Source: an uncultured Planctomycetales bacterium
Lineage (GTDB): Bacteria; Omnitrophota; Gorgyraeia; Gygaellales; Profunditerraquicolaceae
Length of the DNA: 64,000 nucleotides
Direction of reading: 5' to 3'
Assembly: GCA_964545575.1 (NCBI GenBank)
Contig: CAZJFL010000001.1
Span: 5,742-69,741, forward strand
Position 1 is the first letter of the stretch. Each line of letters starts with the position of its first letter. Under the pieces are notes generated by a model, which was not told the DNA's origin, made no database searches, and worked only from the letters and a program-made list of their open reading frames with translations. Shown here one piece after another: positions 19,381 through 29,390 of this stretch. Made by a program: the position numbers and the translations under genes.

Positions 19381-19923
19381 TTATTCTAACCCTAAGGATT
19401 TATAATCCATCCTGATGGCGCTCTTTTTGGCTAAGGAAGTCAGCCAATCATCCAGCGCCTTTCTCTGTTTTTCTATAAAAAGCTCCAGCTTTATCTGCTC
19501 GCTTGCTTCGGCAAGATTCTTTCCCGGAAACTCTGCCTTACGCCTCTCGTAATAATCTTTTACCTCTTTTTCGCTGATCTGTATCCCCGAAGCCAGTTCT
19601 TTGATTTTTTTATTCAGGGTAAGCTTAACCAGGGCCTGCTCCCAGAAGAACTGCACATCCTCCAGAAACTTAGGATCCTTATCCAGGCCATCATTTAGCG
19701 CTTCTTTTAAGATTATTTTCCTGTTAATGAAAGTGCTTAAGAATTGCCTGCGGCGCTCCATGGTGGGAGGGTTGCCGTATAGCGATTTATTGAAAGCGGA
19801 ATTAAACTCATCCGCGCTGATTTTTATCTTACCGATACTGATGACGGTTTTGGGGCGCTTGCCGCAACCTAAGCTTACGCAAACAAAGGTCAGAATAACC
19901 GCAAATAAAATTAACTTACGCAT
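19381..19923 (-). CDS. Lipoprotein resembling the SurA/PpiD N-terminal chaperone domain, with no PPIase domain
   Basis: Lipobox LGCG. The protein is helical and rich in Lys and Glu. Confidence 0.35.
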   Translation of the reverse strand: MRKLILFAVILTFVCVSLGCGKRPKTVISIGKIKISADEFNSAFNKSLYGNPPTMERRRQFLSTFINRKIILKEALNDGLDKDPKFLEDVQFFWEQALVKLTLNKKIKELASGIQISEKEVKDYYERRKAEFPGKNLAEASEQIKLELFIEKQRKALDDWLTSLAKKSAIRMDYKSLGLE

Positions 19924-19993
19924 CGCTCCTCCTTTTTCTTTACAAAAATATTCTCTTTAAATTCATTATAATACATAATGCTTAAAAACACTA

Positions 19994-20037
19994 CAAAAAA
20001 ATAGGGAGGCCCGCCGGCTGACAGGCCTCCCTTTTAA
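19994..20037. terminator. Bidirectional intrinsic terminator downstream of tpsA
   Basis: GGGAGGCC-(11 nt)-GGCCTCCC is flanked by an A-run and a T-run. Confidence 0.6.
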
Positions 20038-20063
20038 AATAGAGGTTATGGTTTATTTAGGCT

Positions 20064-23000
20064 TTATAAACCTTTCGGTCCCATTGACCCGTAATAAGTT
20101 GACAGGCTTCCGGGATCTTTCAGGTTTAGGTTCCCGTCGATAAAATCATAGGCGTTGATATCCAGCTTGATATTATCGAAGGCCGAAAAATCCGTAGGTG
20201 TCAAGGGGTGATAAAAATAAAGAGTAGTCGGGTTAATCGGCATGGTAGCAACCACCCGGTGGTCCTTTAAAATCTCGTAATAGGCTATGAGATATTTCTG
20301 ATCGTCAATGAAAAGCAGGTTAGATAGATCTATCGTAAACGGCAACGCCGGCCAGATCTGCATGGGGCCTAGATTAGCTGCTCTCGGCCCAAAAAGCGGC
20401 GGGCAGCATAATAAGTCACTGTCATCATAAAATACGTAACCGGGAGGGCCGCCATTAGTAATATCGATACCCGGGGAAGGATAGACACCCGTAACTGCGG
20501 TGCCGCCCGGCCTGACTATTCCGTGAATCGCGCCGCTGATACCGATTGCCCCGTTAGGCCCGGTAAAATCAGGATAGGCAACTCCGCCGATATTCAGAAT
20601 TAAACCGGGATCGGCTCCGCCGTAACTAGCCGGCAAAAGGTAGTTAGCGGGTAATGCTGAATTAGTATACCCGTTAATCACTTGTATACATACCTTTAAA
20701 GGATTATCCAGAGGGTTGGCAGCGCTTCCCACACCGATGGTCCCGTTAGGCGCGGAAAAGTAAGAATAGCCTCCGGCAATCACGTTCGGGCCCACAAGCA
20801 AATCCGGAGAACCGAACATTACTGGCGAAAAATAATCCTTACCGCCCACTGTCTGCCAAAGGGTTCCGGAAAGGTCCATAAATGCGACGTCCGCAATATC
20901 TGCCGGATCAATCGAATAACCAAACTTAGTGAAGATGAAATTAGAAATATCCGCAGAGATGTTATTGACTTCAAGGGTGCTCAATGCCGGGCACCATCCG
21001 TTTCCGGCGATAATCGATCCTTCGCTTGTCTCTAGGAATACCCCACCTCTGGGCGATACGATTGAGTTAACCAACATATCTCCTATACTGGTAATATGCA
21101 CGATACCGTTATTAGCGGCTATAGAAGCTCCCAACGTACCGTAGCCGGTTATCGGCTGATATAAACCTAGCTTGATTAACCTGTCCGGATTTACTTGATT
21201 GATATAAATGTCGCCTTCCTCCCATGAATAAGCGCTGACAATATCAACGTTAGTATTGATGGGCGAGCCATCCTCCCCGATATCATATCTGGCCAGGAGC
21301 CCTAGATAATGCGCATTTATATCTCCGGTATCGAAGATAGAGCCGTTCAGGGCTGCTACGCCAACAATGTCAGCAGTGAGGTCGCCTAAGTTAACATTGC
21401 CATAACCTGAAAGTAGGCCGATGACGCCTAATGCTCCGCCGCTGGCGATCAGGTCATCGACGGTAATATCACCGTAGGCTCCGGCTAATATCATGCCCAA
21501 GGAAGCACCGCGGGCTCTGATATGGCTGGCATTGATAAGACCGTCCAGCGAAAATAGCCCTACCTTGGCCATGCCTGAAGATGAATAGGAACGAATATTC
21601 TTTACATTTATATCTCCATCAGAAATAAGCAATGACAAAGCCAGCCTATCTCCAATGGCGAGAATCCTGCCTCCAGAAGAGACGGTGATTCCGTCGCTAC
21701 CGGCACGCAAGAAGTTTATAGCTTTGCCTTCTTTAGCAAAGGCGCTGACTTCCCCGCCCTTGGTAATGATGATCTCCTTGGCTGAGAGGTTATTCTCGGC
21801 CTTACCGTGAATAGCCTTGGCATTGACCTCACCACCCTTGGAGACGATGATCTTCTTGGCAGAGAGTTCGTTTTTCGCTTTGCCGCGGATGACTGAGGCC
21901 AAAACCTCACCACCCTTAGTGATGATAATATTTTTAGCTTTGAGAGTATTTTCCGCTAGGCCGCGTATTGCCTTGGCAATAACCTCGCCACCCTTGGTGA
22001 TGATGATATTCTTAGCAGAGAGTTCGTTCTCGGCTTTACCGCGGATGACTTTAGCCTCGACCTCGCCGCCTTTAGTGATGACGATGGTCTTGGCATTAAG
22101 TTCGTTCTCGGCTTTGCCTTCTTTAGCAAAGGCGCTGACTTCCCCGCCCTTGGTAATGATGATCTCCTTGGCTGAGAGGTTATTCTCGGCCTTACCTTCC
22201 CACCAAGAAACAGCTTTAACTTCAGCTCCACTATAGACATTAATATTGTTCCCGGCTTCCAGAGTGTTCTTGGCATCTCCTGAAGAGATAGCAGCAACTT
22301 TAGCTCCTGATTCAAGAGTAATACTCCCAGTCGCTTTAAGATTAGTTGAGGCTAAACCAGCGAATAGATGTAAGGCGCGTACTGATCCATAAACAAAAGT
22401 ATCTCCGCCGGTATTATTGATATTTACTATTGACGGGTCAGCCGGGCCAAAACCAGTAGCGAGTACATTGTATATATAGGTAAGCCCATTGCTGATTATA
22501 TCTACCGTGCTTCCCAAAGCTTGGACATCCCAAATGTTGATTCCGTCAGACTCATTGATATAAATACTGCCTTCTGTTGCTGTTGCCCAAAGATTCTCTA
22601 CCGCGGTGTCGATGCGGCCGTTGACTGCGGAAGTTCCGATAGCATCCCGGGCAAGCATATTTAAATTAGTTGCGATTACATCAAGGGCAGAATCATTATT
22701 GTCGTAAATTCCGCCGTAAGGCACATCAATATCCACCAGGCCGTCAGCAGCAAGGGACTGTATATATTGAGTCAAGGTTAAATTAAGGCTTGAGCCGTAC
22801 CCGCCGAACCTGTGGCCGGGGCCGCTAAGGTAATCAGGGTCTCCTACGCCAAGATAAATATTACCGCTGGCAACCACACCCTGGATGCCTGCGACAGTGG
22901 CGACATTAAGATGGGTGCGCTCAAAAAGATTGATCAGACCGCCTGAACGCGCTGCTAAGTCCATTACCTTTATATTAAGGGGATCGGTTAATGTACCGAT

Positions 23001-26000
23001 GGTGCCGTTGGGCGCGTAGAGCAAGGCATCACCCTGCGCAGCGATAAACGCATTACCTAAAATATTTCCGCCGCCGGTAAGAATATAAGAAGTTCCGTTG
23101 TTAGGGTGGATCGCGGTTCCTGCAAGTACGTCTCCGGGCCCGGTTACCGGAAGGCCGTTGATGATAATATCTTCGCCGCCGGTTACGCCAAGGAGGTTCC
23201 CGCCGCTCCAGTTTGCTTGTCCGGCAATAATCTTGATCTTATTATCCCCAGTTACAGCATAGATGGTAGCCCCGGCATTAATGGTGTAACCGCCCGAACC
23301 GTTACCGTCTGCATCAGCGTTGCCAGTAAAATCTCCTCCGTTAGTCCTGACTTTACCGTTTGCATTGTGGGTGATATCGCCGTCGGCGGTCAAAAAGACG
23401 TCTCCACCAGCAGTATTTATAGGAGCATTAATTGTAAGGTTGGGGTCATCTACGACAGAAATATCCACTGTCCCGGAACCGTTGGTGACTCCGTCAGTGC
23501 CGTAGATACCGTTTGGCCCGAATAAAGCGCTGAGGTTATCAATGACCAGATCGATTACGTTACGTATCCGGATATCCCCACTATTGTTACGGGCAGAAAG
23601 GCTATTGACCTTGGTATCCACAGCATCATTGGTATCTATGCCGGTGATGCCAGTATTTGCAGCAAGCATCAGCTTATCGGCATAGATCATGCCAGCGGTT
23701 TGAGAAATAGAACCGCTCTGGGCAGTTAAAAAGATATTGCTGTTAGAAATCAGGTTAGCTCCCAGATACCTCGTCTCTCCGCCGAGCTTAACATACTCAT
23801 ATAAAACATCGTCATAATCCGGCTCGCCGGCATGATTTAATAACCCTGACAGCTCATATAGATCCTCCCAGCCGAAAACGATGTTACCGTTCTGATCAAC
23901 GCGGAAATGATCTTTAAGATCTTCATTCAAAGCAGGGTTAGAATAATAATCATGGATGGCTCCGAGATTACCGTCAAAGCTATTCTCTTGTATTTTGATA
24001 TGAAATGTCAAAATACCATTCTTCACGGTCCAGTTCGATTCCAATAACTCAAAGCCCCGCGTGCCGCCTATATAGTTTAAAGTAAAATCTGAAACCAGAT
24101 CCAAAGAGTTATCCCCTAAAAGAATATCTCTGCCTGCCAGTATATCAATCACTCCGTCTTCGGTAATGATATTGGCGCCGTCCTTTAAAGTATAATCCAG
24201 GCCGGCATTACCAACAAAATCTCCGCCGTCAGTCATCACATCACCATTGACATAATGGGTGATATCATCTTCGGCAGTCAGACTTACATCCCCGCCCTTG
24301 GTTCTGATGGGATCCTTGACATTGATGCTGGAATGCGCCTGTATATCTACGTTACCGGAACCGGAATTTAGAATTGCGTAACCCCAGCCGGACAGATCTG
24401 TTAAGGTAAGGCCTCCTTCATTGCTTACCTTAATATTACCGCTTGCGCTGTTTCTTGCTTGGAGATTGGAAACTTGCGTCCGTAAAGCATTAGCGGAGCC
24501 AATCCCATTGGTAGCGCTTAAGATAAGCGAATTTACTTTGATATCAAAAGGGTCTAAGTTATTGCTTAAGATTTGCCCTCTGCTAAAAAGTGCTAGTTTA
24601 GTGCTCTTATTTAAATCCAACATGCCGTCGATACTGATATTGCCGCCGATCGCGCCGCTGGCTTCATTGTCGGTACCGATAACAATCTTACCGGCCGTTA
24701 TATTTTCCAAGCCCTGTGCAGAAAGGACAAAATCATAGTCGTTTGCCTGCCAACCGCGGGTCCAACTGACATTCTTGCCCTGCGTAGAAGGAGCAAAATA
24801 AACCGTGCCATTGCCGGCGTCTATAGAAACTATCTGTTCTCCCCCGAATAACCAACCAAAATCATAACGCAAATCGACATCGGCACCGCTTAAAATAATG
24901 TCTCCTCCGTTAGATTTAAGCCCGCCGTTCCAGCCGTTAAAAAATTCTAATGGTTCAGGTATATTCCATTTAACCTGACCAGAACCATTCTTATTATAAT
25001 CAGCATAGAGTTCTATCCTACCGCCATAGGTAGTAATGGTATTATCTCCTAAATCAATATCGCGACCCGCTTCTAAACGAAAATACCTGCCGCTGGTAAA
25101 CTTTTTTAAATTAAGGTTATCGTCAATAATACGTAAATAAATATCGCGCTCGGTCTGCATGGTCAAATTACCATCAAAATTTTCCAGCCAGTCCGCTCTA
25201 ACTATACCTAAAGGATTAGGATACGGCCATCCAATATCTAAAATCCATAAATCCACTGGATCGATAAGCAACTCTCCTGCCTCTCCATAAAGAGAAGTTA
25301 CATCTATTATGCCGTCAATAGTTACATACTTACCGCTTATCTCTACAAATCCACCGTTAGCGCCGACATCCTTAGCACTCACATCAATAGTTCCTGTAGT
25401 AGAAGTTAGGGAATTCTCTTTATCGGCTAATAAATAAACTTCTCCCTTCCCGTCCACTAAGCTTTTTGCTTCAATTACACCTTCATTATTAACCGCTCTC
25501 TTAAATACCCCGTCCAACGCCTTAGCAGTTAAAATTACCTTGCCACCGTCAGCAGTAATTCTTCCGCTATTCTTTACCGCATCATCTTTATGTTCTAAAT
25601 TCTGCGATGTCGCCTCATCAATTACAACCTGAATTAAACCCCTGGGGTCTAAATTCAAAGTTATTTTTTCTCCGGAAGCCAGTGCTATGCTTCCTAAGTT
25701 GGCTTCGATTACGCCCGTATTTTCTACGGTCGAGCCTAAAAGTGCGGCATAACCACCCGGAGCGCTGATATAACCCTGATTCACTACTGATCCGCTTGCC
25801 CCGTAAAAAGTATACCTTCCGGCTAAAAAGTCAGCATCAGATATATTTAAGGTGGAGGCTACTAAGCCGGCTGCGTTTACCTGTGATCCCGGAGCGAATA
25901 AAATGCCGTTGGGGTTAATCAGAAATATCCTACCGTTTGCAGTGAGAGTGCCGAATATTGAGGAAGCATCCGCGCCGATTACCCGGTTTAAAGCTACGGA

Positions 26001-26240
26001 ACTGGCAGAGGGCTGATGAAAATGCACAGCTTCCTGTGCGGCGATACTGAAACTATTATAATTGGCGATCATCTTGTCGGTAGAGACATTGACGTTCATG
26101 GTGTCGCCGCTGCGCTCGAACTCAGCCTGACCGGCGACTACCTGCTCTCCGGTAGGAAGCGCCATGCCGTAACGCGGGCAGAAGACAAAAGAAATGATTA
26201 CCAAAACAGAAATAGCCTTGTAAACTTTTTTCTTTAACAT
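20064..26240 (-). CDS. Two-partner secretion exoprotein TpsA (filamentous haemagglutinin-like, beta-helical), about 2058 aa
   Basis: AGGAGG precedes the ATG at 26240, so the ORF track's N-terminal extension was discarded. A signal peptide is followed by the TPS domain, with NPNGI and NxxGxxxA-type motifs. The body is a long Gly/Asn/Thr-rich beta-helix. The last 300 aa or so have no recognisable motif. Confidence 0.8.
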   Translation of the reverse strand: MLKKKVYKAISVLVIISFVFCPRYGMALPTGEQVVAGQAEFERSGDTMNVNVSTDKMIANYNSFSIAAQEAVHFHQPSASSVALNRVIGADASSIFGTLTANGRIFLINPNGILFAPGSQVNAAGLVASTLNISDADFLAGRYTFYGASGSVVNQGYISAPGGYAALLGSTVENTGVIEANLGSIALASGEKITLNLDPRGLIQVVIDEATSQNLEHKDDAVKNSGRITADGGKVILTAKALDGVFKRAVNNEGVIEAKSLVDGKGEVYLLADKENSLTSTTGTIDVSAKDVGANGGFVEISGKYVTIDGIIDVTSLYGEAGELLIDPVDLWILDIGWPYPNPLGIVRADWLENFDGNLTMQTERDIYLRIIDDNLNLKKFTSGRYFRLEAGRDIDLGDNTITTYGGRIELYADYNKNGSGQVKWNIPEPLEFFNGWNGGLKSNGGDIILSGADVDLRYDFGWLFGGEQIVSIDAGNGTVYFAPSTQGKNVSWTRGWQANDYDFVLSAQGLENITAGKIVIGTDNEASGAIGGNISIDGMLDLNKSTKLALFSRGQILSNNLDPFDIKVNSLILSATNGIGSANALRTQVSNLQARNSASGNIKVSNEGGLTLTDLSGWGYAILNSGSGNVDIQAHSSINVKDPIRTKGGDVSLTAEDDITHYVNGDVMTDGGDFVGNAGLDYTLKDGANIITEDGVIDILAGRDILLGDNSLDLVSDFTLNYIGGTRGFELLESNWTVKNGILTFHIKIQENSFDGNLGAIHDYYSNPALNEDLKDHFRVDQNGNIVFGWEDLYELSGLLNHAGEPDYDDVLYEYVKLGGETRYLGANLISNSNIFLTAQSGSISQTAGMIYADKLMLAANTGITGIDTNDAVDTKVNSLSARNNSGDIRIRNVIDLVIDNLSALFGPNGIYGTDGVTNGSGTVDISVVDDPNLTINAPINTAGGDVFLTADGDITHNANGKVRTNGGDFTGNADADGNGSGGYTINAGATIYAVTGDNKIKIIAGQANWSGGNLLGVTGGEDIIINGLPVTGPGDVLAGTAIHPNNGTSYILTGGGNILGNAFIAAQGDALLYAPNGTIGTLTDPLNIKVMDLAARSGGLINLFERTHLNVATVAGIQGVVASGNIYLGVGDPDYLSGPGHRFGGYGSSLNLTLTQYIQSLAADGLVDIDVPYGGIYDNNDSALDVIATNLNMLARDAIGTSAVNGRIDTAVENLWATATEGSIYINESDGINIWDVQALGSTVDIISNGLTYIYNVLATGFGPADPSIVNINNTGGDTFVYGSVRALHLFAGLASTNLKATGSITLESGAKVAAISSGDAKNTLEAGNNINVYSGAEVKAVSWWEGKAENNLSAKEIIITKGGEVSAFAKEGKAENELNAKTIVITKGGEVEAKVIRGKAENELSAKNIIITKGGEVIAKAIRGLAENTLKAKNIIITKGGEVLASVIRGKAKNELSAKKIIVSKGGEVNAKAIHGKAENNLSAKEIIITKGGEVSAFAKEGKAINFLRAGSDGITVSSGGRILAIGDRLALSLLISDGDINVKNIRSYSSSGMAKVGLFSLDGLINASHIRARGASLGMILAGAYGDITVDDLIASGGALGVIGLLSGYGNVNLGDLTADIVGVAALNGSIFDTGDINAHYLGLLARYDIGEDGSPINTNVDIVSAYSWEEGDIYINQVNPDRLIKLGLYQPITGYGTLGASIAANNGIVHITSIGDMLVNSIVSPRGGVFLETSEGSIIAGNGWCPALSTLEVNNISADISNFIFTKFGYSIDPADIADVAFMDLSGTLWQTVGGKDYFSPVMFGSPDLLVGPNVIAGGYSYFSAPNGTIGVGSAANPLDNPLKVCIQVINGYTNSALPANYLLPASYGGADPGLILNIGGVAYPDFTGPNGAIGISGAIHGIVRPGGTAVTGVYPSPGIDITNGGPPGYVFYDDSDLLCCPPLFGPRAANLGPMQIWPALPFTIDLSNLLFIDDQKYLIAYYEILKDHRVVATMPINPTTLYFYHPLTPTDFSAFDNIKLDINAYDFIDGNLNLKDPGSLSTYYGSMGPKGL
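21700..22200. repeat. Six tandem copies of a 78-bp (26-aa) repeat inside tpsA, GKAENxLSAKxIIITKGGEVxAKAIR
   Basis: The stretches beginning at 21721 and at 22111 are identical for more than 85 nt and lie 390 nt apart, which is five units of 78. Confidence 0.85.
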
Positions 26241-26440
26241 TGTTCCTCCTTGACTTATTAAAAAACTTTTTAAAATATTTAAAGAATAACTGAAAAATAA
26301 CTGGTGGTTTGAATATTTTTTTAGCCTATCTGGCATTTATTTTGGCGGTTCTTTTAACGGAAGGTTATCAATTGAAAACGCTTTCTTTGCACAAGTTGTT
26401 CAAGTATAACACTTTTAACTCCAAAAGTCAAGGCGAAGAG

Positions 26441-28171
26441 CTAAAATTTATAGGTGCACTCTACCCAGGGGTGGACGTTGTTCCCGTCCGAAGGTTTCCT
26501 TCCCAGGGGATAGCCGACCTCAACCCTGGCCGTAAGGTCCTTGATATTAAACCTTAAGCCAAAACCCGCCCCTTTAAGGGTGCGGGATTCCTTATCGCCC
26601 GCTAATAGCTTATTGTTTTTGACGCTTGCCCAGTCATAAAAAGCTACCAGCCTGAAGGCGTCATACCATTTACTCTGGGTAAAAGGAATACTTAATTTTT
26701 TAGGTATAAAATAAAGCGGGACAGACCACTCTGCGGAAGTATACCATCCTTTATCTCCGGCAAACTCGCCCGGAGGATAGCCTCTTACGGAAGTGGGGCC
26801 GCCGATCTGCATCTGCTCTGAAGCCACCAGATTATAGCCTGAAACCTGTCCGTTAGCTTTTAACAAGAGGGAAGTTGAAAAAGGCATTGGCTGCAGCCTG
26901 AACATATTAAATATTCCTTTATAGAATCTACCCCCCGCCCCATCCCTAGAGGCCTCAAAGGGATCGCTTTTTTCATCCATTCCTCCGATTATGTGCGGAA
27001 CGCCGATATCTAATTCGGAAAGGATAATTGTCCTGCCGAACCTATCCGTAATATCTAAATCCAGGCCCTGCTTAAAAAGCCTGACATCATCCCGCGATGA
27101 CTCCCCACCTAAGAGATAGTTAATAACATGCTTGTAATCAAAACCGAAACTAAACCTTAAATCTATATTCTCTTTATTAATCAGGGACTGATTCAGGAAC
27201 GCGCCGATGGTGGTGGCTTTACCGCAGGCATCCAGCGGTTTAAACTCCTTGCCTAATTTCAGGTCGCTGCGGGAGTAATATGCTCCGATCTCCAACCCGT
27301 TGTTTAGAGGCAATAAATAGCGCCCGCTTTTTAGCTCGTAGAGCGAGGCTTCGGATTTCTGCAGCTTAAAATATACCCTATCATCCAACCCCAGGAGGTT
27401 ATTGTATTCAAAATTAAAAGACCATCTGTTTTTTTCGATGTAACGGGAGCCCCAGTTATCGTAGTCAAAACCCACGTGCATGGGAAACCTGTCTTTTACT
27501 TCCAGGATTATATCCGTAGTGCCCGGCTCTTTTCCGGGGACTAAAACGGCTTTGGCCACGCGGTCAGGGCTGTCGTTGATATACATTAAAGATTTCTGCA
27601 GCGCGGAATAATCAAAATATCCCCCCTGCTGAACCTTTAGTTTTCTTCTCAGGAGGGATGATTTAAAAAAACGGTTGCCCTGTATCTGGACTTTGCCTAA
27701 CTTACCCTCAATAACTTTGATCACCAATACGCCGTCTTTAATCGTCTGGGGGGCAAGATAGGCGCGGGAGGTCACGTAATTTTTAGCCCGGTAGGCATCG
27801 GTAAGTAAATCCGCTACCTTCTGCATATCGGACAGAGCGAGCTCTTTGCCTTCAAATTGCGCGGTCACTTTATTAATCTCTTTGGGAGTCAATAAAGTCG
27901 CTCCCTCTACCACTATTTTTTTAACCAGGGTCTTCTTGCCTTCGGCTACGGGGGCTCCTGCCGGCGCCTCTTCCTGAATCTGTGGCTTTTTCTTCTTCTC
28001 TTCTATCTTTTGCTCCAGAGCCTTTTGTTTCTCCGCTTCCCGTTCGCGGCTGCTAACACCTCCGGCAGTCTGCGCAGAAGGAGGTACCTGAGCATAAAGC
28101 TTGGCAACAGAACATAACCAAAGGATAACGGCGCTGGATATAACGCAAAAGATTAATGATCTTTTTAACAT
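26441..28171 (-). CDS. TpsB outer-membrane transporter (ShlB/FhaC/HecB family)
   Basis: 576 aa. It has a signal peptide, a POTRA segment with VIKVIEGKLGKVQIQGN, and a C-terminal ...YKF. Confidence 0.8.
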   Translation of the reverse strand: MLKRSLIFCVISSAVILWLCSVAKLYAQVPPSAQTAGGVSSREREAEKQKALEQKIEEKKKKPQIQEEAPAGAPVAEGKKTLVKKIVVEGATLLTPKEINKVTAQFEGKELALSDMQKVADLLTDAYRAKNYVTSRAYLAPQTIKDGVLVIKVIEGKLGKVQIQGNRFFKSSLLRRKLKVQQGGYFDYSALQKSLMYINDSPDRVAKAVLVPGKEPGTTDIILEVKDRFPMHVGFDYDNWGSRYIEKNRWSFNFEYNNLLGLDDRVYFKLQKSEASLYELKSGRYLLPLNNGLEIGAYYSRSDLKLGKEFKPLDACGKATTIGAFLNQSLINKENIDLRFSFGFDYKHVINYLLGGESSRDDVRLFKQGLDLDITDRFGRTIILSELDIGVPHIIGGMDEKSDPFEASRDGAGGRFYKGIFNMFRLQPMPFSTSLLLKANGQVSGYNLVASEQMQIGGPTSVRGYPPGEFAGDKGWYTSAEWSVPLYFIPKKLSIPFTQSKWYDAFRLVAFYDWASVKNNKLLAGDKESRTLKGAGFGLRFNIKDLTARVEVGYPLGRKPSDGNNVHPWVECTYKF

Positions 28172-28245
28172 CTTTTCCCCCTTTTTTCTCTATTAGATTA
28201 ATATTTTTCTATTATACCTCTAAAATTATCTTCGTCAATAAATAA

Positions 28246-29364
28246 TTATACCAAGATGCGCGGAATGCGGCTGCCTAAACCGCAGACGATTTCATAAGAT
28301 ATGGTACCGGAAAGCCCGGCTAATTCTTCGGTGGTAATCTTATCTTTCCCCTGAGCGCCGATTAAGACCGCTTCATCGCCTACCTTCACCGCGGCATCTC
28401 CCACATCTACCATAATCTGGTCCATGCAGACCCTGCCGCTTACGCTAAACCTTTTACCCCCCAGAAGGACCGGCCCCTTGCCGGATAAATTGCGGGGATA
28501 TCCGTCACCGTAACCGATGGGCAGAGTAATAATGCGTGTCGGCCTGCCGGTCACATAGATATGGCCGTAACTTATGCCCCAACCTTTGGGAACCTCCTTA
28601 ATATAGACTACTTTCGTTTTTAAACTTAAAACCGGTTTTAATCTGATGCCGGAGCCTCTTTTAGGGTACAGCCCGTAAATCATCAGCCCGGGCCTGACCA
28701 TATTGAAATAACTCTCGGAGTAGTCGATCACGCCGAGACTGTTCGCCGCGTGGACCAGGGGTATATCTATACCTATATTATGTAACCGGGCAAGCAGCTG
28801 CCGGAATATTTCTATTTGATAGGCGGTAAACCTTTTATTGGTATCAGCGCAGGGAAAGTGGGTGAATATGCCTTCGAGGTTAAGGTATTTTAAGCGGCAC
28901 ACCCTCTTCAGGTAAGCCAGTGCCTCCCGGTGCAGAACGCCGATTCTGCCCATGCCGGTATCGACCTTAATATGCACATTGATGCGTTTCTTCTTTTTTC
29001 TGCCCAGATTATTCAGGGCAAAAGCAACTTCATCCGTACAGATAGTCTGGGCCAGGTTGTATTTAAAGAGCGGCGGTATATCTTTTTTCAGAACCAGCCC
29101 TAAGACCAAAATAGGGGACTTTATGCCGGCCTCTCTTAACCTTATACCTTCATCGATGGAGGCGACGCCCAGGTAATCCACGCCAGAGGCAACTAATCTT
29201 TTAGCCACCGGTATAAGGCCGTGCCCATAGGCATCTGCCTTGACGGTGACCATAATCTTGACGTACCCGGGAATCCTCTTTTTCACCTGATGAAAATTAT
29301 AGGCCAGGTTATCGAGATTAATCTCTGCCCAGGTCGGCCGGTATCCGATATAATTAGTTTTCAT
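28246..29364 (-). CDS. alr: alanine racemase
   Basis: 372 aa with the VKADAYGHG PLP motif. Confidence 0.85.
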   Translation of the reverse strand: MKTNYIGYRPTWAEINLDNLAYNFHQVKKRIPGYVKIMVTVKADAYGHGLIPVAKRLVASGVDYLGVASIDEGIRLREAGIKSPILVLGLVLKKDIPPLFKYNLAQTICTDEVAFALNNLGRKKKKRINVHIKVDTGMGRIGVLHREALAYLKRVCRLKYLNLEGIFTHFPCADTNKRFTAYQIEIFRQLLARLHNIGIDIPLVHAANSLGVIDYSESYFNMVRPGLMIYGLYPKRGSGIRLKPVLSLKTKVVYIKEVPKGWGISYGHIYVTGRPTRIITLPIGYGDGYPRNLSGKGPVLLGGKRFSVSGRVCMDQIMVDVGDAAVKVGDEAVLIGAQGKDKITTEELAGLSGTISYEIVCGLGSRIPRILV

Positions 29365-29390
29365 TTTGCTTATTGCTTATCGCCAATCGC

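Noticed and set aside
21700-22200. Possibility that the tandem repeats are a CRISPR array
   Set aside because: The units are contiguous with no unique spacers, they lie in frame inside a CDS, and there are no cas genes.
21817-22315. Plus- and minus-strand ORFs of 119-139 aa within the tpsA repeat region
   Set aside because: They are antisense or alternative-frame artefacts of the 78-bp tandem repeats inside a well-supported 2058-aa CDS. Their low-complexity Pro/Ser/Arg-rich translations support that reading.
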